A stretch of 50,438 nt of DNA, taken from Macrostomum lignano. Its lineage: Eukaryota. The position numbers and the translations under genes are program-made. Where the stretch lies: contig NIVC01001548.1 in NCBI GenBank assembly GCA_002269645.1, forward strand, positions 271,976 through 322,413, in the 5' to 3' direction. The notes beneath the pieces are model-generated. The model searched no databases. It was not told where the DNA came from and saw nothing but the letters and a program-made list of their open reading frames with translations. The stretch's first letter is position 1. Every line of letters begins with the position of its first letter. Shown here piece after piece: positions 1 to 12,999 of the stretch.

Positions 1-3000
1 AGCGTCATGTAAAAATCATCGGAAGCGTCATATAAACAATCATAGAAACGTCATGTAAAATCATAGAAGCGTCATGTAAACAAATCATAGAAGCGTCATG
101 TAAACAATCATGAAGCGTCATTAAAAAATCATAAAGCGTCATATAAAAATCATAAAGCGTCATGTAAACAATCATAGAAGCGTCATTAAAAAATCATAGA
201 AGCGTCATGTAAACAACATAGAAGCGTCATGTAAACAATCATAGAAGCGTCATGTAAAAAATCATAGAAGCGTCATGTAAACAATCATAGAAGCGTCATG
301 TAAACAATCATAGAAGCGTCATGTAAACAATCATAGAAGCGTCATGTAAACAATCATAGAAGCGTCATGTAAACAATCATAGAAGCGTCATGTAAAAATC
401 ATAGAAGCGTCATGTAAACAATCATGAAGCGTCATGTAAACAAAATCATAGAAGCGTCATGTAAACAATCATAGAAGCGTCATGTAAACAATCATAGAAG
501 CGTCATGTAAAAATCATAGAAGCGTCATGAAAAATCATAGAAGCGTCATGTAAACAATCATAGAAGCGTCATGTAAACAATCATAGAAGCGTCATGTAAA
601 AATCATGAAGCGTCATGTAAAAAATCATAGAAGCTCATGTAAACAATCATGAAGCGTCATGTAAAAATCATAAGCGTCATGTAAAAATCATAAAAGCGTC
701 ATTGTAAAAATCATAGAAGCGTCATTTAAAAAATCATAGAAGCGTCATATAAACAATCATAGAAGCGTCATGTAAACAATCATAGAAGCGTCATATAAAC
801 AATCATAGAAGCGTCTTTAAAAAATCATAGAAGCGTCATAAAAAATCATAGAAGCGTCATATAAACAATCACTGAAGCGTCATGTAAAAAATCATAGAAG
901 CGTCATGTAAAAACAATCATGAGAAGCGTCATTTAAAAAATCATAGAAGCGTCATAAAAATCATAGAAGCGTCATTATAAACAATCATAGAAGGCGTCAT
1001 GTAAACAATCATAGAAGGTCATATAAACATCATAGAAGCGTCTGTAAAAAATCATAGAAGCGTCATATAAACAATCATAGAAGCGTCATGTAAACAATCA
1101 TAGAAGCGTCATGTAAAAAATCATAGAAGCGTCATGTAAACAATCATAGAAGCGTCATGTAAACAATCATAGAAGCGTCATGTAAACAATCATGAAGCGT
1201 CATGTAAACAATCATAGAAGCGTCATATAAACATCATAGAAGCGTCATGTAAAATCATAGAAGCGTCATGTAAACAATCATGAAGCGTCATGTAAAAAAT
1301 CATAGAAGCGTCATGATAAACAATCATAGAAGCGTCATGTAAACAATCATAGAAGCGTCATGTAAAAATATAAAGCGTCATGAAAAAGTCATAGAAGCGT
1401 CATAAAACAATCATAGAAGCGTCATGTAAACAATCATAGAAGCGTCATGCAAACAATCATAGAGCGTCATGTAAAAATCAAAGAAGCGTCATATAAACAA
1501 TCATAGAAGCGTCATGTAAACAATCATAGAAGCGTCATGTAAATCAAAAGCGTCATGAAAAAATCATAGAAGCGTCATGTAAACATCATGAAGCGTCATG
1601 TAAACAATCATAGAAGCGTCATGTAAAAATCATAAAAGCGTCATGAAAAATCATAGAAGCGTCATATAAACATACATGAAGTCATAAAAAATCATAGAAG
1701 CGTCTGTTAAAAATAGAAGCGTCATTAAACAATCATAGAAGCGTCATGTAAACAATCATAGACGTCATGTAAACAATCATAAAAGCGTCATGTAAAAATC
1801 ATAAAAGCGTCATGAAAAATCATAGAAGCGTCATATAAACAATCATAGAAGCGTCATGTAAACAACATAGAAGCGTCATGTAAACAATCATAGAAGCGTC
1901 ATGTAAAAAATCATTCGAAGCGTCATATAAAAATCATGAAGCGTCAATGTAAAAATCATAGAAAGCGTCATGTAAAAATCATAGAAGCGTCATATAAAAA
2001 ATCATAGAAGCGTCATTTAAAAAATCATAGAAGCGTCATATAAACAATCATAGAAGCGTCATGTAAACAATCATAGAAGCGTCATTTAAAAAATCATAGA
2101 AGCGTCATATAAAAATCATAGAACGTCATGTAAACAATCATAGAAGCGTCATGTAAAAAATCATAGAAGCGTCATGTAAACAATCATAGAAGCGTCATGT
2201 AAACAATCATAGAAGCGTCATGTAAACAATCATGAAGCGTCATGTAAAAATCATAGAAGCGTCATGTAAACAATCATAGAAGCGTCATGTAAAAATCATA
2301 GAAGCGTCATGTAAACAATCACTGAAGCGTCATGTAAAAAATCATAGAAGCGTCATGTAAACAATCATAGAAGCGTCATGTAAACAATCATAAAAGCGTC
2401 ATGTAAAAATCATAAAAGCGTCATGAAAAATCATAGAAGCGTCATATAAACAATCATAGAAGCGTCATGTAAACAATCATAGAAGCGTCATGTAAACAAT
2501 CATATAAGCGTCATGTAAAAAATCATCGAAGCGTCATATAAACAATCACTGAAGCGTCATGTAAACAATCATAAAAGCGTCATGTAAAAAATCATAGAAG
2601 CGTCATGTAAACAATCATAGAAGCGTCATGTAAACAATCAGAAGCGTCATGTAAACAATCATAAAAGCGTCATGTAAAAAATCGAAGCGTCATATAAACA
2701 ATCACTGAAGCGTCATGTAAACAATCATAAAAGCGTCATGTAAAAAATCATAGAAGCGTCATGTAAACAATCATAGAAGCGTCATTTAAAAAATCATAGA
2801 AGCGTCATATAAACAATCATAGAAGCGTCTTTAAAAAAATCATAGAAGCGTCATATAAACAATCATAGAAGCGTCATGTAAACAATCACTGAAGCGTCAT
2901 GTAAAAAATCATAGAAGCGTCATGTAAACAATCATAGAAGCGTCATGTAAAAATCATAGAAGCGTCATGTAAACAATCACTGAAGCGTCATGTAAACAAT

Positions 3001-6000
3001 CATAGAAGCGTCATGTAAACAATCATAGAAGCGTCATGTAAAAATCATAGAAGCGTCATGTAAACAATCACTGAAGCGTCATGTAAACAATCATAGAAGC
3101 GTCATGTAAACAATCATAGAAGCGTCATGTAAACAATCATAAAAGCGTCATGTAAAAATCATAAAAGCGTCATGAAAAAATCATAGAAGCGTCATGTAAA
3201 CAATCATAGAAGCGTCATGAAAAAGTCATAGAAGCGTCATATAAACAATCATAGAAGCGTCATGTAAACAATCATAGAAGCGTCATGTAAACAATCATAG
3301 AAGCGTCATGTAAAAAATCATCGAAGCGTCATATAAACAATCACTGAAGCGTCATGTAAAAAATCATAAAAGCGTCATGTAAAAAATCATAGAAGCGTCA
3401 TGTAAAAAATCAGAGAAGCGTCATTTAAAAAAATCATAGAAGCGTCATATAAACAATCATAGAAGCGTCATGTAAACAATCATAGAAGCGTCATATAAAC
3501 AATCATAGAAGCGTCTTTTAAAAAAATCATAGAAGCGTCATCTAAACAATCATAGAAGCGTCATGTAAACAATCATAGAAGCGTCATGTAAAAATCATAG
3601 AAGCGTCATGTAAACAATCATAGAAGCGTCATGTAAACAATCATAGAAGCGTCATGTAAACAATCATGAAGCGTCATGTAAACAATCATAGAAGCGTCAT
3701 GTAAACTAATCATAGAAGCGTCATGTAAAAATCATAGAAGCGTCATGTAAACAATCACTGAAGCGTCATGTAAACAATCATAGAAGCGTCATGTAAACAA
3801 TCATAGAAGCGTCATGTAAACAATCATAAAGCGTCATGTAAAAATCATAAAGCGTCATGAAAAATCATAGAAGCGTCATAAAACAATCATAGAAGCGTCA
3901 TGTAAACAATCATAGAAGCGTCATGTAAACAATCATAGAAGCGTCATGTAAAAAATCATCGAAGCGTCATATAAACAATCACTGAAGCGTCATGTAAACA
4001 ATCATAAAAGCGTCATGTAAAAAATCATAGAAGCGTCATGTAAAAAATCATAGAAGCGTCATTAAAAAAATCATAGAAGCGTCATATAAACAATCATAGA
4101 AGCGTCATGTAAACAATCATAGAAGCGTCATGTAAAAAATCATAGAAGCGTCTTTTAAAAAAATCATAGAAGCGTCATATAAACAATCATAGAAGCGTCA
4201 TGTAAACAATCATAGAAGCGTCATATAAACAATCATAGAAGCGTCTTTTAAAAAAATCATAGAAGCGTCATATAAACAATCATAGAAGCGTCATGTAAAC
4301 AATCATAGAAGCGTCATATAAACAATCATAGAAGCGTCTTTTTAAAAAATCATAGAAGCGTCATATAAACAATCATAGAAGCGTCATGTAAACAATCATA
4401 GAAGCGTGATGTAAAAAATCATAGAAGCGTCATATAAACAATCATAGAAGCGTCATATAAACAATCATAGAAGCGTCATGTAAACAATCATAGAAGCGTG
4501 ATGTAAAAAATCATAGAAGCGTCATGTAAACAATCATAGAAGCGTGATGTAAACAATCATAGAAGCGTCATGTAAACAATCATGAAGCGTCATGTAAACA
4601 ATCATAGAAGCGTCATGTAAACAATCATAGAAGCGTCATGTAAAAATCATAGAAGCGTCATGTAAACAATCATGAAGCGTCATGTAAACAATCATAGAAG
4701 CGTCATGTAAACAATCATAGAAGCGTCATGTAAACAATCATAAAGCGTCATGTAAAAATCATAAAAGCGTCATGAAAAATCATAGAAGCGTCATATAAAA
4801 ATCATAGAAGCGTCATGTAAACAATCATAAAGCGTCATGTAAACAATCATAGAAGCGTCATGTAAAAATCATAGAAGCGTCATATAAACAATCATGAAGC
4901 GTCATGTAAACAATCATAGAAGCGTCATATAAACAATCATAGAAGCGTCTTAAAAAATCATAGAAGCGTCATATAAACAATCATAGAAGCGTCATGTAAA
5001 CAATCATAGAAGCGTCATATAAACAATCATAGAAGCGTCATTAAAAATCATAGAAGCGTCATATAAACAATCATAGAAGCGTCATGTAAACAATCATAGA
5101 AGCGTCATGTAAAAATCATAGAAGCGTCATGTAAACAATCATAGAAGCGTCATATAAACAATCATAGAAGCGTCATGTAAACAATCATAGAAGCGTCATG
5201 TAAAAATCATAGAAGCGTCATGTAAACAATCATAGAAGCGTCATGTAAACAATCATAGAAGCGTCATGTAAACAATCATAGAAGCGTCATGTAAACAATC
5301 ATAGAAGCGTCATGTAAACAATCATAGAAGCGTCATGTAAAAATCATAGAAGCGTCATGTAAACAATCATAGAAGCGTCATGTAAACAATCATAGAAGCG
5401 TCATGTAAACAATCATAGAAGCGTCATGTAAACAATCATAGAAGCGTCATGTAAACAATCATAAAGCGTCATGAAAAATCATAGAAGCGTCATGTAAAAA
5501 TCATAGAAGCGTCATGTAAACAATCATAGAAGCGTCATGTAAACAATCATAGAAGCGTCATGTAAAAATCATCGAAGCGTCATATAAACAATAACTGAAG
5601 CGTCATGTAAACAATCATAAAAGCGTCATGTAAAAAATCATAGAAGCGTCATGTAAAAAATCATAGAAGCGTCATGTAAACAATCATGAAGCGTCATTTA
5701 AAAATCATAGAAGCGTCATATAAACAATCATGAAGCTTCATTTAAAAAATCATAGAAGCGTCATATAAACAATCATAGAAGCGTCTTTTAAAAAATCATA
5801 GAAGCGTCATATAAACAATCATAGAAGCGTCATGTAAACAATCATAGAAGCGTCATGTAAAAAATCATAGAAGCGTCATGTAAACAATCATAGAAGCGTC
5901 ATGTAAAAAATCATAGAAGCGTCATGTAAACAATCATAGAAGCGTCATGTAAACAATCATAAAGCGTCATGTAAAAATCATGAAGCGTCATAAAACAATC

Positions 6001-9000
6001 ATAGAAGCGTCATGTAAAAATCATAAAGCGTCATGTAAAAAATCATAGAAGCGTCATGTAAACAATCATAGAAGCGTCATTAAAAAATCATAGAAGCGTC
6101 ATATAAACAATCATAGAAGCGTCATTAAAAAATCATAGAAGCGTCATATAAACAATCATAGAAGCGTCATGTAAACAATCATAGAAGCGTCATGTAAAAA
6201 ATCATAGAAGCGTCATGTAAACAATCATAGAAGCGTCATGTAAAAATCATAGAAGCGTCATGTAAACAATCATGAAGCGTCATGTAAACAATCATAGAAG
6301 CGTCATGTAAACAATCATAGAAGCGTCATGTAAAAATCATAGAAGCGTCATGTAAACAATCATGAAGCGTCATGTAAACAATCATAGAAGCGTCATGTAA
6401 ACAATCATAGAAGCGTCATGTAAACAATCATAAAGCGTCATGTAAAAATCATAAAAGCGTCATGAAAAATCATAGAAGCGTCATATAAAAATCATAGAAG
6501 CGTCATGTAAACAATCATAGAAGCGTCATGTAAACAATCATAGAAGCGTCATGTAAAAATCATAGAAGCGTCATATAAACAATCATGAAGCGTCATGTAA
6601 AAAATCATAAAGCGTCATGTAAAAAATCATAGAAGCGTCATGTAAAAATCATAGAAGCGTCATTAAAAAAATAGAAGCGTCATATAAACAATCATAGAAG
6701 CGTCATGTAAACAATCATAGAAGCGTCATATAAACAATCATAGAAGCGTCTTTTAAAAAATCATAGAAGCGTCATATAAACAATCATAGAAGCGTCATGT
6801 AAACAATCATAGAAGCGTCATGTAAAAATCATAGAAGCGTCATGTAAACAATCATAGAAGCGTCATGTAAAAATCATAGAAGCGTCATGTAAACAATCAT
6901 GAAGCGTCATGTAAACAATCATAGAAGCGTCATGTAAACAATCATAGAAGCGTCATGTAAAAATCATAGAAGCGTCATGTAAACAATCATGAAGCGTCAT
7001 GTAAACAATCATAGAAGCGTCATGTAAACAATCATAGAAGCGTCATGTAAACAATCATAGCGTCATGTAAAAATCATAGCGTCATGTAAACAATCATAGA
7101 AGCGTCATATAAACAATCATAGAAGCGTCATGTAAACAATCATAGAAGCGTCATGTAAACAATCATAGAAGCGTCATGTAAAAATCATAGAAGCGTCATG
7201 TAAACAATCATGAAGCGTCATGTAAACAATCATAAAGCGTCATGTAAAAATCATAGAAGCGTCATGTAAAAATCATAGAAGCGTCATTAAAAAATCATAG
7301 AAGCGTCATATAAACAATCATAGAAGCGTCATGTAAACAATCATAGAAGCGTCATGTAAAAAATCATAGAAGCGTCATAAAAAATCATAGAAGCGTCATG
7401 TAAACAATCATAGAAGCGTCATGTAAAAATCATAGAAGCGTCATATAAACAATCATAGAAGCGTCATTAAAAAATCATAGAAGCGTCATATAAACAATCA
7501 TAGAAGCGTCATGTAAACAATCATAGAAGCGTCATATAAACAATCATAGAAGCGTCATTAAACAATCATAGAAGCGTCATATAAACAATCATAGAAGCGT
7601 CATGTAAACAATCATAGAAGCGTCATTAAAAAATCATAGAAGCGTCATATAAACAATCATAGAAGCGTCATGTAAACAATCATAGAAGCGTCATGTAAAC
7701 AATCATAGAAGCGTCATATAAAAATCATAGAAGCGTCATGTAAACAATCATAGAAGCGTCATGTAAACAATCATAGAAGCGTCATGTAAACAATCATAGA
7801 AGCGTCATGTAAACAATCATAGAAGCGTCATGTAAACAATCATAGAAGCGTCATGTAAACAATCATAGAAGCGTCATGTAAACAATCATAGAAGCGTCAT
7901 GTAAACAATCATAGAAGCGTCATGTAAACAATCATAGAAGCGTCATGTAAACAATCATGAAGCGTCATGTAAACAATCATAGAAGCGTCATGTAAACAAT
8001 CATAGAAGCGTCATGTAAACAATCATAAAGCGTCATGTAAAAATCATAGAAGCGTCATGTAAACAATCATAGAAGCGTCATGTAAACAATCATAGAAGCG
8101 TCATGTAAACAATCATAGAAGCGTCATGTAAACAATCATAAGCGTCATGTAAAAAATCATCGAAGCGTCATGTAAACAATCATAAAGCGTCATGTAAAAA
8201 TCATAGAAGCGTCATGTAAAAATCATAGAAGCGTCATTAAAAAATCATAGAAGCGTCATATAAACAATCATAGAAGCGTCATTAAAAATCATAGAAGCGT
8301 CATATAAACAATCATAGAAGCGTCATGTAAACAATCATAGAAGCGTCATTAAAAAATCATAGAAGCGTCATGTAAACAATCATAGAAGCGTCATGTAAAA
8401 ATCATAGAAGCGTCATGTAAACAATCATAGAAGCGTCATGTAAACAATCATAGAAGCGTCATGTAAACAATCATAGAAGCGTCATGTAAACAATCATAGA
8501 AGCGTCATGTAAACAATCATAGAAGCGTCATGTAAACAATCATAGAAGCGTCATGTAAACAATCATAGAAGCGTCATGTAAACAATCATGAAGCGTCATG
8601 TAAACAATCATAGAAGCGTCATGTAAACAATCATAGAAGCGTCATGTAAAAATCATAGAAGCGTCATGTAAAAAATCATAGAAGCGTCATGTAAAAATCA
8701 TAGAAGCGTCATGTAAAAATCATAGAAGCGTCATGTAAAAAATCATAGAAGCGTCATGTAAACAATCATAGAAGCGTCATGTAAAAATCATAGAAGCGTC
8801 ATGTAAACAATCATAGAAGCGTCATGTAAACAATCATAGAAGCGTCATGTAAAAATCATAGAAGCGTCATGTAAACAATCATAGAAGCGTCATGTAAACA
8901 ATCATAGAAGCGTCATGTAAAAATCATAGAAGCGTCATGTAAACAATCATAGAAGCGTCATGAAACAATCATAGAAGCGTCATGTAAAAATCATAGAAGC

Positions 9001-9780
9001 GTCATGTAAAAAATCATAGAAGCGTCATGTAAAAATCATAGAAGCGTCATGTAAAAAATCATAGAAGCGTCATGTAAACAATCATAGAAGCGTCATGTAA
9101 AAATCATAGAAGCGTCATGTAAACAATCATAGAAGCGTCATGTAAAAATCATAGAAGCGTCATGTAAAAATCATAGAAGCGTCATGTAAAAATCATAGAA
9201 GCGTCATGTAAAAATCATAGAAGCGTCATGTAAAAATCATAGAAGCGTCATGTAAAAAATCATAGAAGCGTCATGTAAAAATCATAGAAGCGTCATGTAA
9301 AAATCATAGAAGCGTCATGCAAAAAATCATAGAAGCGTCTGTAGCAATCATAGAAGCGTCATGTAAAAATCATAGAAGCGTCATGTAAACAATCATAGAA
9401 GCGTCATGTAAACAATCATAGAAGCGTCATGCAAAAAATCATAGAAGCGTCATGTAAACAATCATAGAAGTCATGTAAAAATCATAGAAGCGTCATGTAA
9501 ACAATCATAGAAGCGTCATGTAAACAATCATAGAATCGTCATGTAAAAATCATAGAAGCGTCATGCAAACAATTATAGAATCGTCATGTAAAAATCATAG
9601 AAGCGTCATGCAAACAATTATAGAAGCGTCATGTAAAAATCATAGAAGCGTCATGTAAACAATCATAGAAGCGTCATCAAAAGATCATAGAAGCCTGATA
9701 TAAAAACTAATGGAAGTGTCATTTGAGAAATCATAGAAGCGTCATGGAAGAATAAAAGAAGCGTCATGTCAGACATGAAA
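1..9780. repeat. Tandem satellite, 23-bp monomer AATCATAGAAGCGTCATGTAAAC (~425-435 copies), runs off the window start
   Basis: 23-bp period read directly (TAAACAATC at 301 and 324). Variants include GTAAAA, ATAAAC, TTAAAA, CACTGAAG, CATCGAAG and many 1-2 bp deletions. It decays progressively after ~9540. Confidence 0.99.
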
Positions 9781-9789
9781 GAAGTGTCA

Positions 9790-10900
9790 TGTAAAAATTA
9801 AAAGAAGCTATTGTGCTGTGCTGGGGAGAATTACTAAGATGTCAAGGCTCACGGAGAATAACTGAGATTTTGGGGAGGCGGTTTCTGAGATGCCAGAGAA
9901 GCAAAGTAGCAAACGTCAGAAGCTACTTCAAAGTACATGTAGTTTACTTAATTTTTTATTACATTCTTTGTTGGCTCGCTACGGGGAGGGGGCGCTGATA
10001 GAAGAAGAGTCATGTAAAAAAGAAAAGAAGCACTATGTATACATAAAAGAAGAGTCATTATGTCAAAGTTAAAAGATTCATTTGGGAATTGCTACGATGC
10101 CAAGGCTTGGAGGGAATCGCTATGGTGCTGTGATTCTTAAATAAGGAATCACTAAAATGTCAAGGCTTAGGGGAGAAGAATTGCTGAGATTTAAGGCTTT
10201 AGGTTGGGTTAAAGTTAGGTTTAGGTCAGGTTTTGGTTGATGGTTAGATTTTAGCGGGTTTCAAGATTAACAGGGGATTTTTAAGATATCAAGGTTTATG
10301 GGGGGCATCGCTAACATGACAAGGCTTACGGGGGGAATAGCTGAGATGTCAAGGCTCACGGGGAATAACCGAGATGTCAAGGCTAAATTCACAAGCTACA
10401 TGTAGATGATGTAGTTTATTGAAAAATGTTTTCATTATTTGGCTCTTCACGGGAAGGATCGCTGATAGATAAAGTGTAATGTAAAAAATAAAAGAAGCTT
10501 CATGTCGAAGTTAAGAGATTCATTTGGGAATCCCTACGATGTCGAGGCTTGCAGGGAATCGCTATAATGCTGTAGTGCTATAATGACTCTCGGAGAGAAT
10601 TACTGAAATGTCAATGCTTTAGGGTTAGGGTTAGGGTTAGGGTTAGGGTTAGGGTTAGGGTTAGGGTTAGGTTTAGAAGGTTAACAGATTTTTTAAGATT
10701 TCAAGGCTTATGGGGGGAATTGCTAAGATGTCAAGGGGGAGTTGATATGCTAAGGCTTGTGGGGGGGGGAGGAATTGCTGGCATGTCAAGGCTTACAAGG
10801 GGTTGCTGAGGTATAATGCAAAGAGACGCTTATATGTAGTTTATTAAAAAACTTGTGCTGTATTTTTTGGCTCCCCAACGGGGGGCGCTGATTGCTAGTC
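9790..10900. repeat. Degenerate ~430-470-bp triplicated junction sequence between the satellite and the LINE target
   Basis: TGTAGTTTA...TTGGCTC...CGCTGAT block at ~9938, ~10410 and ~10835. GATTCATTTGGGAAT at 10075 and 10517. Contains relics of the satellite monomer and of a GAATTGCTGAGATGTCAAG minisatellite. Confidence 0.75.
10619..10671 (+). repeat. Interstitial telomeric repeat (TTAGGG)8 + TTAGG
   Basis: Eight perfect TTAGGG units 10619-10666, then TTAGGTTTAG. Confidence 0.97.
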
Positions 10901-10934
10901 CGCTCCTAGATTCCCGAAAATCCGCCCCTAGATT
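10808..10934 (+). repeat. Target-site duplication, left copy (127 bp)
   Basis: GAGGTATAATGCAAAG...TCCGCCCCTAGATT is identical base for base to 16838-16964 and abuts the element 5' end. Confidence 0.93.
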
Positions 10935-11398
10935 GAGCACTCGAAGGCGTATTCAGCATGCCAGTGAAGTATGAGACAGACTAGGCCCATGGGCTAAGGT
11001 CTGCGATGCTTCACGCCTGCCCCTATCTTCAGCAGGTCAAGGCTGGTGGGAGGTCTGCACCCTCTATTTGCCTCTGGCAGCCGCAGACCCCCCCCCCACG
11101 CTGTCTCGCAAGTCGACCCAGGGTACTCGTCCCCGCGTGTGTTCAAGGCAGTCCCTAGGGCTGCTGGACAGACTGGGCTCCGGCGCTGGCGACCCTATCC
11201 AGTGGCTTCGGCCGAATTTGGGTATGCGGGTCTGGCTCGCCAACCTGCAGGCCGTGGTACTGCTCAACGTACTCTCTAATGCCTAAGGTGTTGACCGTGC
11301 CGATGGGCTGGAAGGCCGGGGAGTAGTCCGGTCGCAAGCGGTCCCCCTCCTGGTGTCGGGCCAGCCTTGAGGGTGCTATTGGCCTACTGCCCGGTCAG

Positions 11399-12976
11399 GT
11401 GGAGCGGCCGGGTGGGTACCGCGCCCCTTTGAGGGTAGCCCACCAACCTTTTATCATGGCCTTCGAGCCGACTATGGATAAACAAGCTATTTCTAGGGAC
11501 GGGGACCCTTCTAAACCCCAACCTCAGTCCGAAGGACCGGCCGGCCCTGCTGGCAGATCCCAACCGACTGATTCAACTGTGGCAAAGGAAGGACCGGCTG
11601 GCTCTGCTGGCAGATCCGACCAGAGCTACCAAACTCAAAATACCCTAAGACCTGCCAGCTCCGCTGGTGGATCTAAGGGAACCGCGAGCTCTGAGCCTAA
11701 AGGACCGGCCAAATCTGGCAGATCCGATGAAGCTCAGCGGGCTCGGCTTGAGCGCAAACGCGCTAAACAACGCGCCAAAAGGCAGGCCAAGAAGGGAGCT
11801 GCGGGGGCCAAAGCGGCGGCGTCCACCATGGATGCTGAAGCGACTGGAGTCCCAAGGCAACCAGGCGGGCCGGCCGGTGGAAGCTCCAGTAGTTCAGCGG
11901 CGGCGCTCCCTGGAGCTGCTGCCGCGGCTGCTGAGGCCGAAACCACGGCGCAACAAATGGCCACTGCCAACAAGGAGGTTCCTTCGGGAGCTACCTTTGC
12001 GGCGAAGGCCAAGGCCAAAATCCCGGGAGTGATCATCCAAGGTCGCGACCAGGACTGGACCACTGATCAGCTTCAAAAAGTGTGGAGTGCTGTTGACTCC
12101 TATCTGATTGAGCTGACTGTCGAGGAGGGAATCTCCATCGGCGTTGAGCGGATGGTGCTGCGAAGCACATTCGTTCTTATTGCTCCTAGCAGCGAGGAGG
12201 ACGCTCGGCGGCTGCTCCAGCGGCTACCGACGGTCTCCTTGGATGCTGACCTTGGTGGAGCTCTTTTTCTTCGCGAGGGCCAGCGTCCAAAGACGATACC
12301 CTATGTGGTTTTCGTCCCTGCTAAGAGCACCGCAGCTGGACCAGACGTTATTCGCCGGGTCCTACTGCGTCTGAACCCCGACCTCCCTGCTAGTGGACTG
12401 GTGTATCACCGCAAAGTCCGCAGGGGGGAGACGGGCAACTCAATTGTCCTCGGCCTTTCCAGCACTTGGGCGAGTCGGTACCCTAATGGATCCTCTTTCC
12501 AGCTGGGTGCCCTCAAGCTCAAGTTGCGCCGAGGAAAGTCTGCCAAAGGGAAGGCTACTGCCAACCCCGGCATCTCCGGCAAGAGCGGGGCGCAGTCTAA
12601 GGCCCAAGGAAAGGCGCAAGCCGATCCCAAAGCCAAAGCTGCATCTCGCCCCTCTGCTAGCAGCAGTTCGGCGACCGCGGTAACGGCTCCGGCCGAGCCC
12701 CGGGAACCAAACCTGCCAGTCGGAGAAGGAGTTGAGGACGAGGCCGGGTCTTCGGAATCCGAGCTCTCCTCGGCCACCTTGGTGGGGTCTGAAGGTAAAG
12801 ATGCAGGTGAGGAAGCTTCCTCCATCCTGTCATCGGAGCCTGAGGACTCTGCTGGGGGGCCGGTGGGGGTGAGGAGGCCATGGACGTCGACCAACTCCCA
12901 TCTCCCAGTCAAGCCCCAGCGGCCTGGGACGAGGACGATCTGTTGTCCAAGTCTCCTTGATGGCCCTGGGCTCTAG
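11399..12976 (+). CDS. LINE ORF1 (gag-like), low-complexity basic/acidic protein; first ATGs at 11456 and 11474
   Basis: 525-codon ORF directly upstream of ORF2. Three EGPAG.AGRS-type repeats, a basic RKRAKQRAKRQAKK stretch and an acidic C-terminus. No CCHC knuckle visible. Confidence 0.8.
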   Translation: MERPGGYRAPLRVAHQPFIMAFEPTMDKQAISRDGDPSKPQPQSEGPAGPAGRSQPTDSTVAKEGPAGSAGRSDQSYQTQNTLRPASSAGGSKGTASSEPKGPAKSGRSDEAQRARLERKRAKQRAKRQAKKGAAGAKAAASTMDAEATGVPRQPGGPAGGSSSSSAAALPGAAAAAAEAETTAQQMATANKEVPSGATFAAKAKAKIPGVIIQGRDQDWTTDQLQKVWSAVDSYLIELTVEEGISIGVERMVLRSTFVLIAPSSEEDARRLLQRLPTVSLDADLGGALFLREGQRPKTIPYVVFVPAKSTAAGPDVIRRVLLRLNPDLPASGLVYHRKVRRGETGNSIVLGLSSTWASRYPNGSSFQLGALKLKLRRGKSAKGKATANPGISGKSGAQSKAQGKAQADPKAKAASRPSASSSSATAVTAPAEPREPNLPVGEGVEDEAGSSESELSSATLVGSEGKDAGEEASSILSSEPEDSAGGPVGVRRPWTSTNSHLPVKPQRPGTRTICCPSLLDGPGL

Positions 12977-12999
12977 CCAGATATTGCATTTAATACAGT

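Noticed and set aside
1-9780. CRISPR-like regular repeat array
   Set aside because: Units are contiguous with no unique spacers, there are no cas genes, and the context is eukaryotic.
10619-10671. True chromosome end
   Set aside because: Only eight units, with complex sequence on both sides.
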